From: Lytechinus pictus
Lineage: Eukaryota
DNA length: 64,000 nucleotides
Assembly (NCBI RefSeq): GCF_037042905.1
Contig: NC_087253.1
Location: 18,724,001-18,788,000, forward strand
Reading direction: 5' to 3'
This document shows, in pieces, positions 1 to 12,600 of this stretch. A program made the position numbers and the translations under genes. The notes beneath the pieces were generated by a model, which saw only the letters and a program-made list of their open reading frames with translations, was not told where the DNA came from and did not search any database. Numbering within the stretch: the first letter of the stretch is position 1; the number at the start of each line of letters is the position of its first letter.

Positions 1-253
1 CAGAATGGCTCAAAGCGCGTTACTTACAGCATACAGTAATAAGATATATGTTATGTAAGGTATGATCGTATTGTATTTAGTCTATTGGCGTCAATGCAAA
101 TGCCAAACACATTTTGATCTTTGATATATCTTGGTTGAAGCTCACCTAATAAAGCGTTGGTACAGTTTCAATAAGGCCTACAAGAAAATCTTCTTAGACT
201 CCCTGTAAAGGTGCAGTGATCGTTAACGGTCTTCTGCCCTCTCTCATCGGGTG

Positions 254-397
254 GGTGTTTCATAAAGCTGTTCGTAAGTTAAGAGCAACCTTAAGAAGGA
301 CTGGTGATCCTTTCTTACGTGCTAAATATTCACCAATGAACATTTAATGGTGAAAATCATTTACCACGAGAAAGGGTCGCTCTTAACTTACGAACAA
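254..397. mobile_element. Palindromic MITE family P copy, truncated on the right
   Basis: ggtgtttcataaagctgttcgtaagttaagagc...gctcttaacttacgaac; absent from paralogous introns. Confidence 0.85.
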
Positions 398-506
398 GTA
401 CTAACGAAAGAAATATCGTTGCCGGGATACTCGATTTAGAATTCGCAATAGTATAACTGCAAGTCGGACGGTTGGTCACCGTCGAACAGAATAGAATCAT
501 TCTTAC

Positions 507-632
507 CAATGCATGTGACGTTATCATTGGCGAGTTCGTAACCAGGATTGCATGTACAGTTGAAAGAGCCCCCTATGTTCGTGCATATTCCATTTTCACA
601 AACCGACGAGTTACTCGAACATTCGTCGATAT
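507..632 (-). CDS. Exon 30: cbEGF type B3 ([17 protein letters not shown]...)
   Basis: TGCAG acceptor, GTAAGA donor; no stop, so the gene continues to the left. Confidence 0.92.
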
Positions 633-3600
633 CTGCAAAACAAATATCGGAAAATAATTTTACATTTAAAACCTTCAATTGACTGACATTCTCTTAATCA
701 TACCAGAGCATATCAATTATTTGCTCGTTTCGTCATAACTTCGATGTTGTCTCTTAGAACCTTGCGATGACGCTTGGCATCACCCTTTCCAGGACCCTTT
801 TTTGTCATTCAACGAATATATATAATAAAAATGTTCTCTTTAGAGGAAAAGTACCGCACAAGAATCCAGAGCTTTCTTCAAATGTAATGAGTTATAGTCC
901 CCATACACGGTTAAGGAATCATACGAACTTCCAGATACATCACAAGATTATTCTATCAAAATTATTTTGCGCCATTAACTGACTTACCTAAACAGTCAAA
1001 CCCTCCAATGTCCAACTCGTATCCATTTGAGCATGCGCAGGAGTAGTTGCCATCATTGTTGAGACATTTATCCTGGCATGCATACATTCCGACCAAGCAC
1101 TCATCTATATCTGTATATATAACATCACAATAAGAATGGGTCTATAAGAACGATCCAAGTCTATCCCCTGGCAAAATTGAGTTAAACATTTGTACAACAT
1201 TTTTCTGAAATTCACGTCCCGGAATACAATTCAAAAGCGCGCGAAATGAATAGAAAACTAACCGCTGTAGTCATGTTAGTTGTTTTATATGTCGATCTTT
1301 CGGCCGACATTCTCTATTATTTATATTCCTCGTCTAAGACTCGGGCCAATATGATTCTAATACAGGCTTTGTATTTGTTCCCCTCAAGGCCAGTCAATAT
1401 TGCATAATTATATCATCGTTACCATATACATATTCAAGAAAAAGTTACGGATACGGTCTTCTGCCCTCTCTCATCGTGTGCACAAGTACTGACGAAAAAT
1501 ATCGCGCTGGGATAACAGTCCAACTGCAAGTCGGACGGTTGGCCACCTTTAATTTGTCGAACAGAATAGAATCATTCTTACCAATGCATGTGACGTTATC
1601 ATTGGCGAGTTCATAACCAGGATTGCATGTACAGTTGAAAGAGCCCCCTATGTTCGTGCATATTCCATTTTCACAAACCGTCGAGTTACCCGAACATTCA
1701 TCGATATCTGCGAAACAAATGTCAGGAAATATAGGAATATACAAACATAAAATAGTAAATACAAATACATATATAACAGAAAACATGAAACAGAAAAACA
1801 TGTTTGTTTCACGAAACATGAAACAAACATGAAATGTCATTTTAGGTTTGCACTTATTTCAGATACCTAAATGCCTTTATTTTGCGGCTACTTAATGTGG
1901 ATCTTTACACATTTTATGCTCGACCCCTCACACTATCCTGTTCCATTTTTTGCATTTTGTGAAAAATTGTTCTTAATCGTTTGAAAAAGTCATTTTCTTC
2001 AATATCATTCAATAATCAAATATCAATCATTTCTATTTGGAGGAATGCTATCACACGTAACACCGAAGCTTTCTTCACATGTATTTAGTTTTACTCCCCA
2101 TTTCATTTTTTTTTAGTATATGTAGAACTCATAATTACCTTCAGGTATACATCATAACATTTTCTCTCCATCAAAATTATTTTTCTGAAGAGATTGAGTA
2201 AAATTTTACCCAATATTTGATAAAAAGGGAACACACATTTTTTGTTGGATACGAGTTTGTTCCGTATTAGGCAAAATGTGTGTTTTATTAGTCAATTTCA
2301 ACGCGACATCGGGTAAAATTTACACAGTGTTTGGTATCATTTTACATACCTGTTCCATTTTACCCAATATTTGGTAACACATTTTAGAGGTATGAATTGA
2401 CTTACCGACACAGTTCAATCCTCCGCTGTCCAACTCGTATCCATCTGAGCATGCGCAGGAGTAGTTGCCATCAATGTTGATACATATTTCCTGGCATGCA
2501 TGCATTCCGAACAAGCACTCATCTATATCTGTATATATAACATCACAATAAGAATGGGTCTATAAGAACGATCCAAGTCTATCCCCTGGCAAAATTGAGT
2601 TAAACATTTGTACAACATTTTTCTGAAATTCACGTCCCGGAATACAATTCAAAAGCGCGCGAAATCAATGGAAAACTAACCGCTGTAGTCATGTTTAATT
2701 GTTTTATATGTCGATCTTTCGGCCGACATTCTCTATTATTTATATTCCTCGTCTAAGACTCGGGCCAATATGATTCTAATACAGGCTTTGTATTTGTTCC
2801 CCTCAAGGCCAGTCAATATTGCATAATTATATAATCGTTACCATTTACATATTAATGAAAAAGTTACGGATACGGTCTTCTGGCCTCTCTCATCGGGTGC
2901 ACAAGAACTAACGAAAAAAAATATCGCGCTGGCAGGGATACTCGATTTAGACATTCGCGACAGTATAACTGCAAGTCGGACGGTTGGTCACCTTTAATTT
3001 GTCGAACAGAATAGAATCATTCTTACCAATGCATGTGACGTTATCATTGGCGAGTTCGTAACCAGGATTGCATGTACAGTTGAAAGAGCCCACTATGTTC
3101 GTGCATATTCCATTTTCACAAACCGTCGAGTTACCCGAACATTCGTCGATATCTGCGAAACAAATGTCAGGAAAATAACAAATTTAACACAATCTGTCGG
3201 CTATCATTCTCAAAATCGCACTAGAGCATACCAATAATTTGCCTGTAAGGATTTTGTTTTTATTTTATTCATTAATTCTCCACTCATGGGCTTGATGGCC
3301 CTCTTTCGTCTGTTCTTCTGAGGGATTCAGTACACATACATTTCAATATACAAACATTAAATAGTAAAAATAAATACATATATTTACAGAAAACATAAAT
3401 CAACAACAAAATCGACAGGATTATGATAGTTTTCAAGAATTGATATGTCATTATAAATTTGCACTTATTTCAGATAGCTAAATGCCTTTATTTTGCAGAT
3501 ATTTCATGTGGATCTTTACAAATTTTATGTCCGACCCAACGAACGTAGAGGGCAGCAACGCTTGTGTGTTGCTGCCCTCTACGTTCGTTGGTCCGACCCC

Positions 3601-6600
3601 TTAAACTATCCTGTTCCATTTTCTTTTACAATTTTTCTTGTTTTCAATTATGAGCAACTGTTCTTAATCGCTTGAAAAGTCTTTTTCTTTGATATCATTC
3701 GATATTCATTCAATAAATAAATATCAATCATTTCTATTTGGTGGAAAACCATCACACGTAACATCGAGGCTTTCTTCAAACGTATTTAGTTTTTACTCAT
3801 TTCTTGGTTAGAGTACATGTAGAACTCTGAATACCTTCATGTTCTTCACAGCATTTTCTCTCCATCAAAATTATTTGTCTGAAGAGATCGAGTAAACATT
3901 TACCCAATATTTGGTAAAAAGGGAACACAATTTTTTGTTCGATACGAGTTTGTTCCGTATTAGGCAAAATGTGTGTTTTATTAGTAAATTTCAACGCGAC
4001 ATCGGGTAAAATTTACACAGTATTTGGTATCATTTTACATACCTGTTCCATTTTTACCCAATATTTGGTAACAATTTTAGAGGTATGAATTGACTTTACT
4101 TACCGACACAGTTCAATCCTCCGCTGTCCAACTCGTATCCATCTGAGCATGCGCAGGAGTAGTTGCCATCAATGTTGATACATATTTCCTGGCATGCATG
4201 CGCTCCCGACAGGCATTCATCCATATCTGTAAATAAAACATCACAAAAATGAGATTATGCTTCTATTCTTTCCATATGAAGGTGGATATTTATAAAAGTA
4301 ATTGACTTACTTTAGGCGAAAGTATAAAAGCCCAGGTGATAATGATACCTGCTAAATTCTGCCCTGATCTGACTATCCACTTATCACTGGATAATATGAG
4401 CGTTCGAAACCTGCTAGTCGCACGGAGAACGTTGAAAATAAAGTCAGAGTTCTCTTTCGTTCCGAACTTTTTTGGAAGCATGGCCAGCAACCTCAAATTA
4501 TTTACTGTGTTTTCGAATGGGTCGTACTAGGGCAATCAACTTAATCATTAGAAAGCTGATAGTCATTACAGAAATTTAAATAAAAAGACTAAAGCATGCT
4601 GGTGTCTTGGTTGTGGTTTTAGCGTAGCATGCATCCCTGTATCATTATAAATTAGCATGACTGAATTCGAATAAATCATAATATATGCCGATATAAAACA
4701 GGCCAAGATACAAGATGAAGCATAAAACGCTGACCCACAATAAACTTAAACCAAATAATTTCTATTGACCACCTGTAAAACCCGTATAATATTAATATTT
4801 CTTCCCTATATTTAAGTAGTTTTTACTTATTTTACCTTCGCATTGGTCTGTTCCGGTTCCTTGGAATCCTTGGTTACATGTGCAGAAGTAACTTCCTTCA
4901 GTATTTGTACAGTTCCCGTTACTGCACACCTCAGTGAACTCAATGCATTCGTTGATGTCTGAATATACCACGAGGAAAATAAATTATTATACAAAAGAAA
5001 ATTGATGAAAATATTGTCTTTTGTCCGTAATATCAAGCAAGGGATCGCGGGTTGGTTTTGAAGGGGGGGGGGGGGGGGTTAGCATGCAAAATAACACCCA
5101 CAATCAGGTAGGTGGTCATTTTACGCTTAATAATGTGTGTGTGTGTGTATGAGGGGGGGGGGGCTGAAGCCCCCGTCACGGCCTTGCGGTCCCTTTCAAA
5201 TGATGACAAATTATCTTTCAACATTAAATTTTTACTATACTACACTGTAAAATATATCATGGCCCGTAGTCTGAAGTCAGGTTTGATTCAGACCACGGTC
5301 TAACTCTGTCCTACAATTATGGGGAGCCAAAATTACAAAAAATTTGTTTATATTGTATATTTATTATGATTATTATTTCATTCCTTTTCCTTTTATAATC
5401 AAGACAAATACTTCAAAATATTTTAGTTATCATTCCCAGACAATTATGAACAATTTGAGTGTCAAATGATTTAATAAATTGGATGTGTACTGTTAGGGTT
5501 TGGTGCTCCATATGGCTGTCCTTACTTTGACCACAACTTTAAACCAGGATTTAATTTAAGCTTAAGTTCGGGATACCCTATATATTTCACGGGAGAATCC
5601 GGCATGGACTCGACCCACTTTTACGATGAAGACACCGTAAAGCCTTTTAAAAATATTTATCGCTTCAAGAATAAATTTTCCACCATATCTCTCGAGGTAT
5701 GTCGTAATTTCCGTGAATGCAAATGAGAGATTGGATGATATCACACACTATTTAGGGGTTTTGTTTTACATAAGTAATGACAAAAGGAATGGGTCTGTTA
5801 TTGTCAGAAGCATGATTTAGTTTGCTTTCCATACTGGGGGCCGTTTCATAAAGCTGTTCGTAAGATAAGAGCGACTTTAAGAACGACTGGTGAACCTTTC
5901 TTAAAAGCGCTAAACCATCGCCAATGTATATACCATTTACCACAAGAAAGGATCACCAGTCGTTCTTAAAGTTGCTCTTAACTTACGAACAGCTTTATTA
6001 AACACCAGGTAGCATAATTTTTCAAATTACAGTATTGAAAGCTAGTCAGGTGAAATAAGCTCAATTTATACATATTTTATTAATTGTTGTGGAAATTGGT
6101 CAACAAAAACATCAGAACTGAACTTGAAATTACTCAGTGGGAGGAAAATGATTAAAACCGATATCATACCTATTTCGAGAATTCGGTTACTTGAACCGAA
6201 TATTCGGTCAAGCGGAAGGGAGGCGGTAAATGCGGATTGTATATCGGTAGCGGTCAGGTTCGGGTTGAACGTGTCGATCCGGAAGTCGACTAGGCCGTAT
6301 TCTTGGTCGACTAGTTCGACTAGCGTGTAATTGGTCACGAGGACACCACCAAGCAATCCATCTCCGAAAATAGACGTGCCGTTCAGTTGGTATAATACCT
6401 GTAACATTAATTAAAGAACATTAACAGCGTCAGCACTTTTGTCAACATTTTGTGCAGAGTGTTTAAATAGACTCAATTGAGTGAAGGGATCAAAATACCC
6501 TCTTTTTTCAAACTATAACTTTTAACAGATTAAATTTTTTTTTTCCAAGGGTCGTGGATCGTTTTTTTTTCCGGTGTTTTTGTTTTCTTTGGCTTTTTTG

Positions 6601-9600
6601 AAGTTGGGGCAACTATCCCTATCTGTAGATATTGGTTCGAGCATTTGTTATGTTAGAGAGAGGGTTGTGCGTATGAATTTCTCCCAGTGACTATCATTCT
6701 TCAGTGAGACGTCAATTCTCTGCATGCCCTCTGCATCCTGCTGCTAATGGGGAAGCCGCAACATAGTTTACAGCTATTGTAAACTGCCTTTTATTGTAAT
6801 CATTATAATTAAAAGAACAATAATATTCATTCCCGAATTCGCTTAATCACATTTAATATATTGATATTCATCATGATTTACAATGATTTGAATATGATTA
6901 TCATTACTTTTCTTTTCATCATTTAAATTATATGCCTCTAAGCTACCATTTTATACAAAGGCGTGATAGGGGAATCAACGTTAGAATTTTCAACAACAGG
7001 AGAGAACAAAACAATCCCCCAATTTTGACGGGAAATAATTATTTCCAGTGTTCCATATTATTGTCACTGCAATTTTCACCGTTGCCATCATTATCAATAT
7101 CAATATAATCATCACTGTTTTACTAAATGGGAGTAAATACTTATGTTAAATATCAGGTAATTTGCTTACGTCATCAGCGAGTCGATCCCGATTTTGAGTG
7201 GTGTCTGAATAATACGTGATTGTCATACTGTTGATGAAATCAAACCGCAGTTCAATACTCAACGTGGTAGCAGCTATAATAACGGGTTAAATTGAATAGG
7301 AACAGTGATTTTAATCAGCATCATTATTCATCTCGAACTTCAAAACACATTCGTATAAGTTAAAAATCAATTTCAATTGGGGACTACAGATAGCCAACAG
7401 AGTGCATAAGTTAGCGGCAGGGGAAGAGGAGGGCAATACCGCAACCTGATATTATGGTCCTTCAGCCAAACCAACTTAAGCACCGGAAATTACAATTACA
7501 AATAGGGACAATGATTAAGAATACTTTTTTCGGTATAACGTATCCGCTAAGGTCTTCTTTATCATATAACTGTAATCCAGCTGGGTAAATTTACTTATTG
7601 AAAGAAACATTTTAAACTAAGCAATACAGGATTATATAAAAGAAATGAAACCCGGGGAAAATTTTAATACAAATGGGTAAATAGATAAATGAAAGTCGTT
7701 TACAAATCTGGGAGCTTTTCATGAAAGGACTTGTTGGAGATTTTCCATGACATGTCCCATTTCATCCGGCGGTTACCATAGTAACAGTCCTCCTCAGCCA
7801 ATCAAAATCAAGTAAAGATGTGAGATCTGACAATTTTTTGGATACAAATACTGGTGAAAAACTCCCCAGAGCTTACCTTCGCATGCTCCTGACAGCTCTG
7901 CAAAATTAAGTGCACACACGCATGTGTAGTTGCCAATGGTGTTCATACATTGGCGGTTAGGCGCTGCATTACAAGTATAATCCCCAGTGTCGCACTCATT
8001 GATGTCTGGAAGAGAAAAATCGAATTTCAATGAATCAGCTATGATCTAGAAAAGGCTCATGTCATAGTCACGCCAACGAAACCGACACCAAACTATCTGA
8101 TGGTATGCCATTGGAAATAACGTAATAGCTTTGACTGGTGTTGAGATGATTCCGTTAGTCTGACTGAAGCATCAGCTGAATGGCTTTTTTGAATGAAGGC
8201 CCACGTGGAATTTTAGTCAGGGATATCACTGAAAACCTAAACAAGATATTGATTCGATGAAAAGTCAACATACTTCATCGAAATAAATAGAATATTGGGA
8301 CTCCTGAATGATACATGCAGATTCTGCATGGATTTTCTGAATTGATGAAATAGAAGTTTGCAACGATATGTACACGGTGAGAGGCAATGGCACACTTTTT
8401 ATGCATCCCATACGTCCAAAATTATAGGAAATTATCTCACGCACACACAAATGTTTACACATGTAGATGGATGTTGTGTAGAGAAGTGTCCCCGCTTTCA
8501 TGCTTTTTACAGAACACAATGGTCTATTTTACTGTCCACGTTTGAAAACATTTATAGACATGATGTAGTGTGCGTGACTGTCGTGAGTGTGGATTTGCAT
8601 GTTATTGTACCTGCGCATGACTTAGTTTCGTTGATGGTATCATAACCACCAATGCAGCTACAGAAGTAGTCTCCATCTGTGTTGATACATGTAGAGGTAT
8701 CAGGGCACTCATCAACACCATTCGAGCATTCATCAAAATCTGCAAATAAGATACATTAATAATAACAATTAGAATTAGAGACGAAACTAATTTGTTTTCA
8801 AAAGATCACGTGCTTCGTACACAAATAAAATTTCGATATAAATAATTGTATTTGCTGTCCGCTACTGCTGATAGGTTTTTACCGTCCTTACCAGCCTCTC
8901 GACCCAGGTGCTAAATGGGTACCCGGTAGGATGTGAAAGTCATTGTAGCTTGTCCAGTACTGTGTGTGCCTCACCGGCGACTGACTGGAATACTCCCCAG
9001 GGAGTGGAGGATGTGCACACAGTGTGTGCGGGAATGATTGATTGAATCCGATGACCGGGGTAATAATATATCTGTAAAGTGCTTAGACACGTCGTTCCGA
9101 TGTATTAAGCGGTATATAAAAGCCAACTAATATTTATATTATTAATGTCCAAACTTCGAAATATTGGAATTCGCACTTGCTTTCTGTAATATTGATGGGT
9201 CTGGTCTTATTTGGGCTATAAAGGTAAACAAGCATGGCCCTGGGAAGCGGTGGTGCGGAAGCACCCCCCCTCCCAAATATTCTTGGGGTGCTGCGTGTAG
9301 GCCTATTATTATCCATAGGCAGCACCCCAGGTATTTTAGAACATGTGTAAAAAAAAAAAATAAAAAATAACCAAAAAAAGTGAAACCTTTTTTCCCCCAA
9401 ATTTATCGGAACCAATTTGACCTCCATTTGTAGAGAAACCTTTTTTTTTTGCTTTCCAAATTTCTCGGAACCAATTTGACCTCCAATTTGCAGTGAAAAT
9501 TGTTGTTTTTCTTGCTTTTCAAATTTACATCCGCACCCCAGTAAAAAATCGTTCCCAGAGCCCTGGTAACAAGGAAAACGTAATGATAGTAGTGTAACAT

Positions 9601-12600
9601 TAAACCATCCACAAATGGAACACGGTGGACACTTTACAAAGCATATGAGCATCACGGTATCAAGAAGTCATGAGGTTGAATTCACGTATCTCTGATGAAC
9701 AGTAGGACTCTCAATTTGAATTACCGTTGTTTTTGTTTCTGTTAATTCCCGTAAGGACTCGGCAGGACAGCGTTTTGCTGGTAAACGCCAAGCTGGTAAT
9801 ACCTGGTAATCAGTCATAGTAGCTGGCCTTATAGACGACATATATCACTCTCGGGCCTTTTTTTATCAAAGTGGAGACAATGGCAGAGTTGGGATTAAAA
9901 ACTCACAACCTTGCGATTGTGAGTCCAATTCTCTAACCACTGGGCCACACTAACCATGAAATCCACTGCCATGACATAAATGAAAGACCTTATGTAACAG
10001 GGGTGATACCATGATTTTTTTTATTCCGAGAGGGGCAACACGACCCAAAGGGTGACGTCATAATCCTCAACTCAGCTGAAATATCTTGGTATTGTAAGTT
10101 ACCTACATGCCCCGGATTTCATAATATTTTTTTTCTTTCTCCACATTTTTGATATTTTTAAAATACTTGGAAATCAGAGGGGTGGTCGCCCTCACCCCCG
10201 TCCCTTATGTGATCTTACCTGAGCATGATCCATTAGAAAACTCGTATCCTGGATCGCATGTACAATTCGAAAAACCAGTATTGCTCATTGCTGCAGGTGT
10301 ACAACCAGCGTTGTCTGCAAATTTAATCAGAAAATGTTCTTATTTAATATTCTCAATGCTGAACGAATGACAAGAAAAACAAAATTAATGCAGACGCAGT
10401 AACAACATTACTTTTCGGTCCAATAATTCAACTACAGTACTTTAATCACTTCAGTGAGACAAAGAGAGCAAATCGAGGCAGGGGAAAAGGTGACTGATGA
10501 AAACATAGTCTACACACAAACACACCCTCACACACAAATTCAAAGTAATCTCATGCATTTATATTCCACTGTTATCCCATTCATACACTCACCAAAGTGG
10601 TCTACTGTACACATCTTGCCAAAAAAAAAAAGAATTCCTACCTATACAAGAACCTTTATCCAGAGACAAAGTGAACCCATCATTGCAAGAGCAGTAGTAT
10701 CCATCTAGGATGTTATGACAGTTATGTTCACAGTCGTTCGTGGTGTTGCTCAGACATTCATTTATATCTAAAATATAAAGGAAGAAATTGTGGAATATAA
10801 ATGAAACGGAAGACTATTGAGTGTCAGCCCCTGATTGTCAATAGGGACTGCGACGCAGAACGCTTTCTAGAAAATAAAAATGTTTCGTCAAATGACCTTC
10901 ATGACAAAGGGCAAAACAAAAAATCCTTGTCGAAAATTAGTGAATCAAGGCAGCAGAGTTCCCTACAAGTTTTTGTCAGCTCCGAAACTTAGGACGATCG
11001 AAAGAGCTGTTCGTGTTCTCAAATTTTCGACAAAGACATCCCACCTTTTCATTGTCATTTGACCGGCTTCAGTGGCGTACCTAGGATTTTTCACAGGGGG
11101 GGCAAAACCGTCCGCCAAAAAATTTGACAAGCAAAAAAAAAAAAAAAAAAAAAAGAGCTTCAATTAAGCTCGTCAGGGGGGGGGGCAATATAGGTCTTCA
11201 AGCTCGTCAGGGGGGGGGGCAAAAAAGGTCTTCCAAACTCGTCAGGGGGGCAGGGATACCTCCTTTAATTTGCATGGGTTGTGGCTCGTCAGGGGGGCAG
11301 ACTGCCCCCTCTGCCCCCCCGTAGGTACGCTAGTGACCGGCTTGTTTTTCAATACAATTGCTGAATTCTCGAATTCGTGCTGCGTCTCTATTTCGAAACC
11401 TCCCTACTGACAGGGCTCCAAAAGATCCATACTTGCAAGAAGCCCTTCTTGCAATGCCCAACCAAGAAGGAAGGGGATGGTTATCCGTTTAGATTTCTCT
11501 TGTCAGATCTCCGGGTAGGAAAATATAAACTGACTTTGAAGGCGGTTCTTTCTATATATCTCTTGTTTTTTTTCAGCGCCTCTCTTCTGACGAAATTAAG
11601 ATGATCAGTTTTATAAAGTATTTTTTCTTCTTCCTTTGTGTTCTTCTTATTTATATATATTTTCCTCCCTTCTTCTTTTTCATCTTCGATCTGTTATCAC
11701 CCCTTTTTCCTATATACGTACTTTGTAAGTACTTCATGCCACCTGGCACCTTCCCTTTGATATTTTTTAGTCAAACAACTGGTGCATCACAAAATACATG
11801 TCCTGTTGGCAGGGAAAAACTTTATATTGTTAGCCTTGCTTTGATACATATAAAAAAAAAGATTTTTTTTTTAACACAATTAAATTGACAAATTTAATTG
11901 TGTAACAAAGCCTACCAGAGCATGTAACGCCATCACCGACCCGACCTGGTGGGCAGTCACCACAGCTAAAGTCGGTTGATTCCATAGGAGGATTGTCAAG
12001 ACATAGGACACCTTGGTAACAAGGATTTCCCGCACAGGAGTTAAAATCTTCATCACATTGGTCACCTGACCAGCCGTTGCTACAATTGCACGTGACCACC
12101 TGAGAGAGTGATACAAACAAATAATATTAGAGTACCCCTATAACCTTACCCTATGATAATTGTTAATTAGAATAATAGGCATTTGTATAGCGCCATCTAT
12201 TTAGAAATAATCTATTCATAAGCGCACTGTTATTATTACCCCCGGCTTCAGCTCGAGCTGCCTTCCAGCTCTCAGTGCATCCAAAGAATTAATAATTTAG
12301 AGTACCCTTTCACCTCACCTGGGTCGAGTGCAGCACAATGTTTCTTCTTGCTGAAGAAAAACACGCCATGGCTGGGATTCGTACCCACGACCCTATGATT
12401 GGAAGACTAGAAGTCTTATATATCCTATTGTCCCTATATATTAAAACATAATCAAAGTAATATCATGTTCAGAACCACTTGTCCAATGGACGATCGATGG
12501 TGCAAATGGCAGCGGGAAAAAATGACAAGAGTAAAGATGGCTAGGCTACAATGACAGGATTAAAAAGAAAAACCTGTTCATTAGGTTTGGTGCTAAAATT

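Larger units (their letters stand above)
1084..4200. repeat. Tandem segmental duplication of a two-EGF-exon unit (~1084-2502 and ~2503-4200)
   Basis: Introns 1111-1581 and 2529-3026 are near-identical, as are 1740-2405 and 3350-4103. Confidence 0.92.

Noticed and set aside
507-7273. Separate fibrillin/fibulin-like gene
   Set aside because: No TB domains and no separate signal peptide; intron phases link these exons continuously to the upstream mucin exons.
10592-10614. Micro-exon that might complete the truncated EGF
   Set aside because: The intron from exon 18 would be under 30 nt and the segment encodes no Cys.
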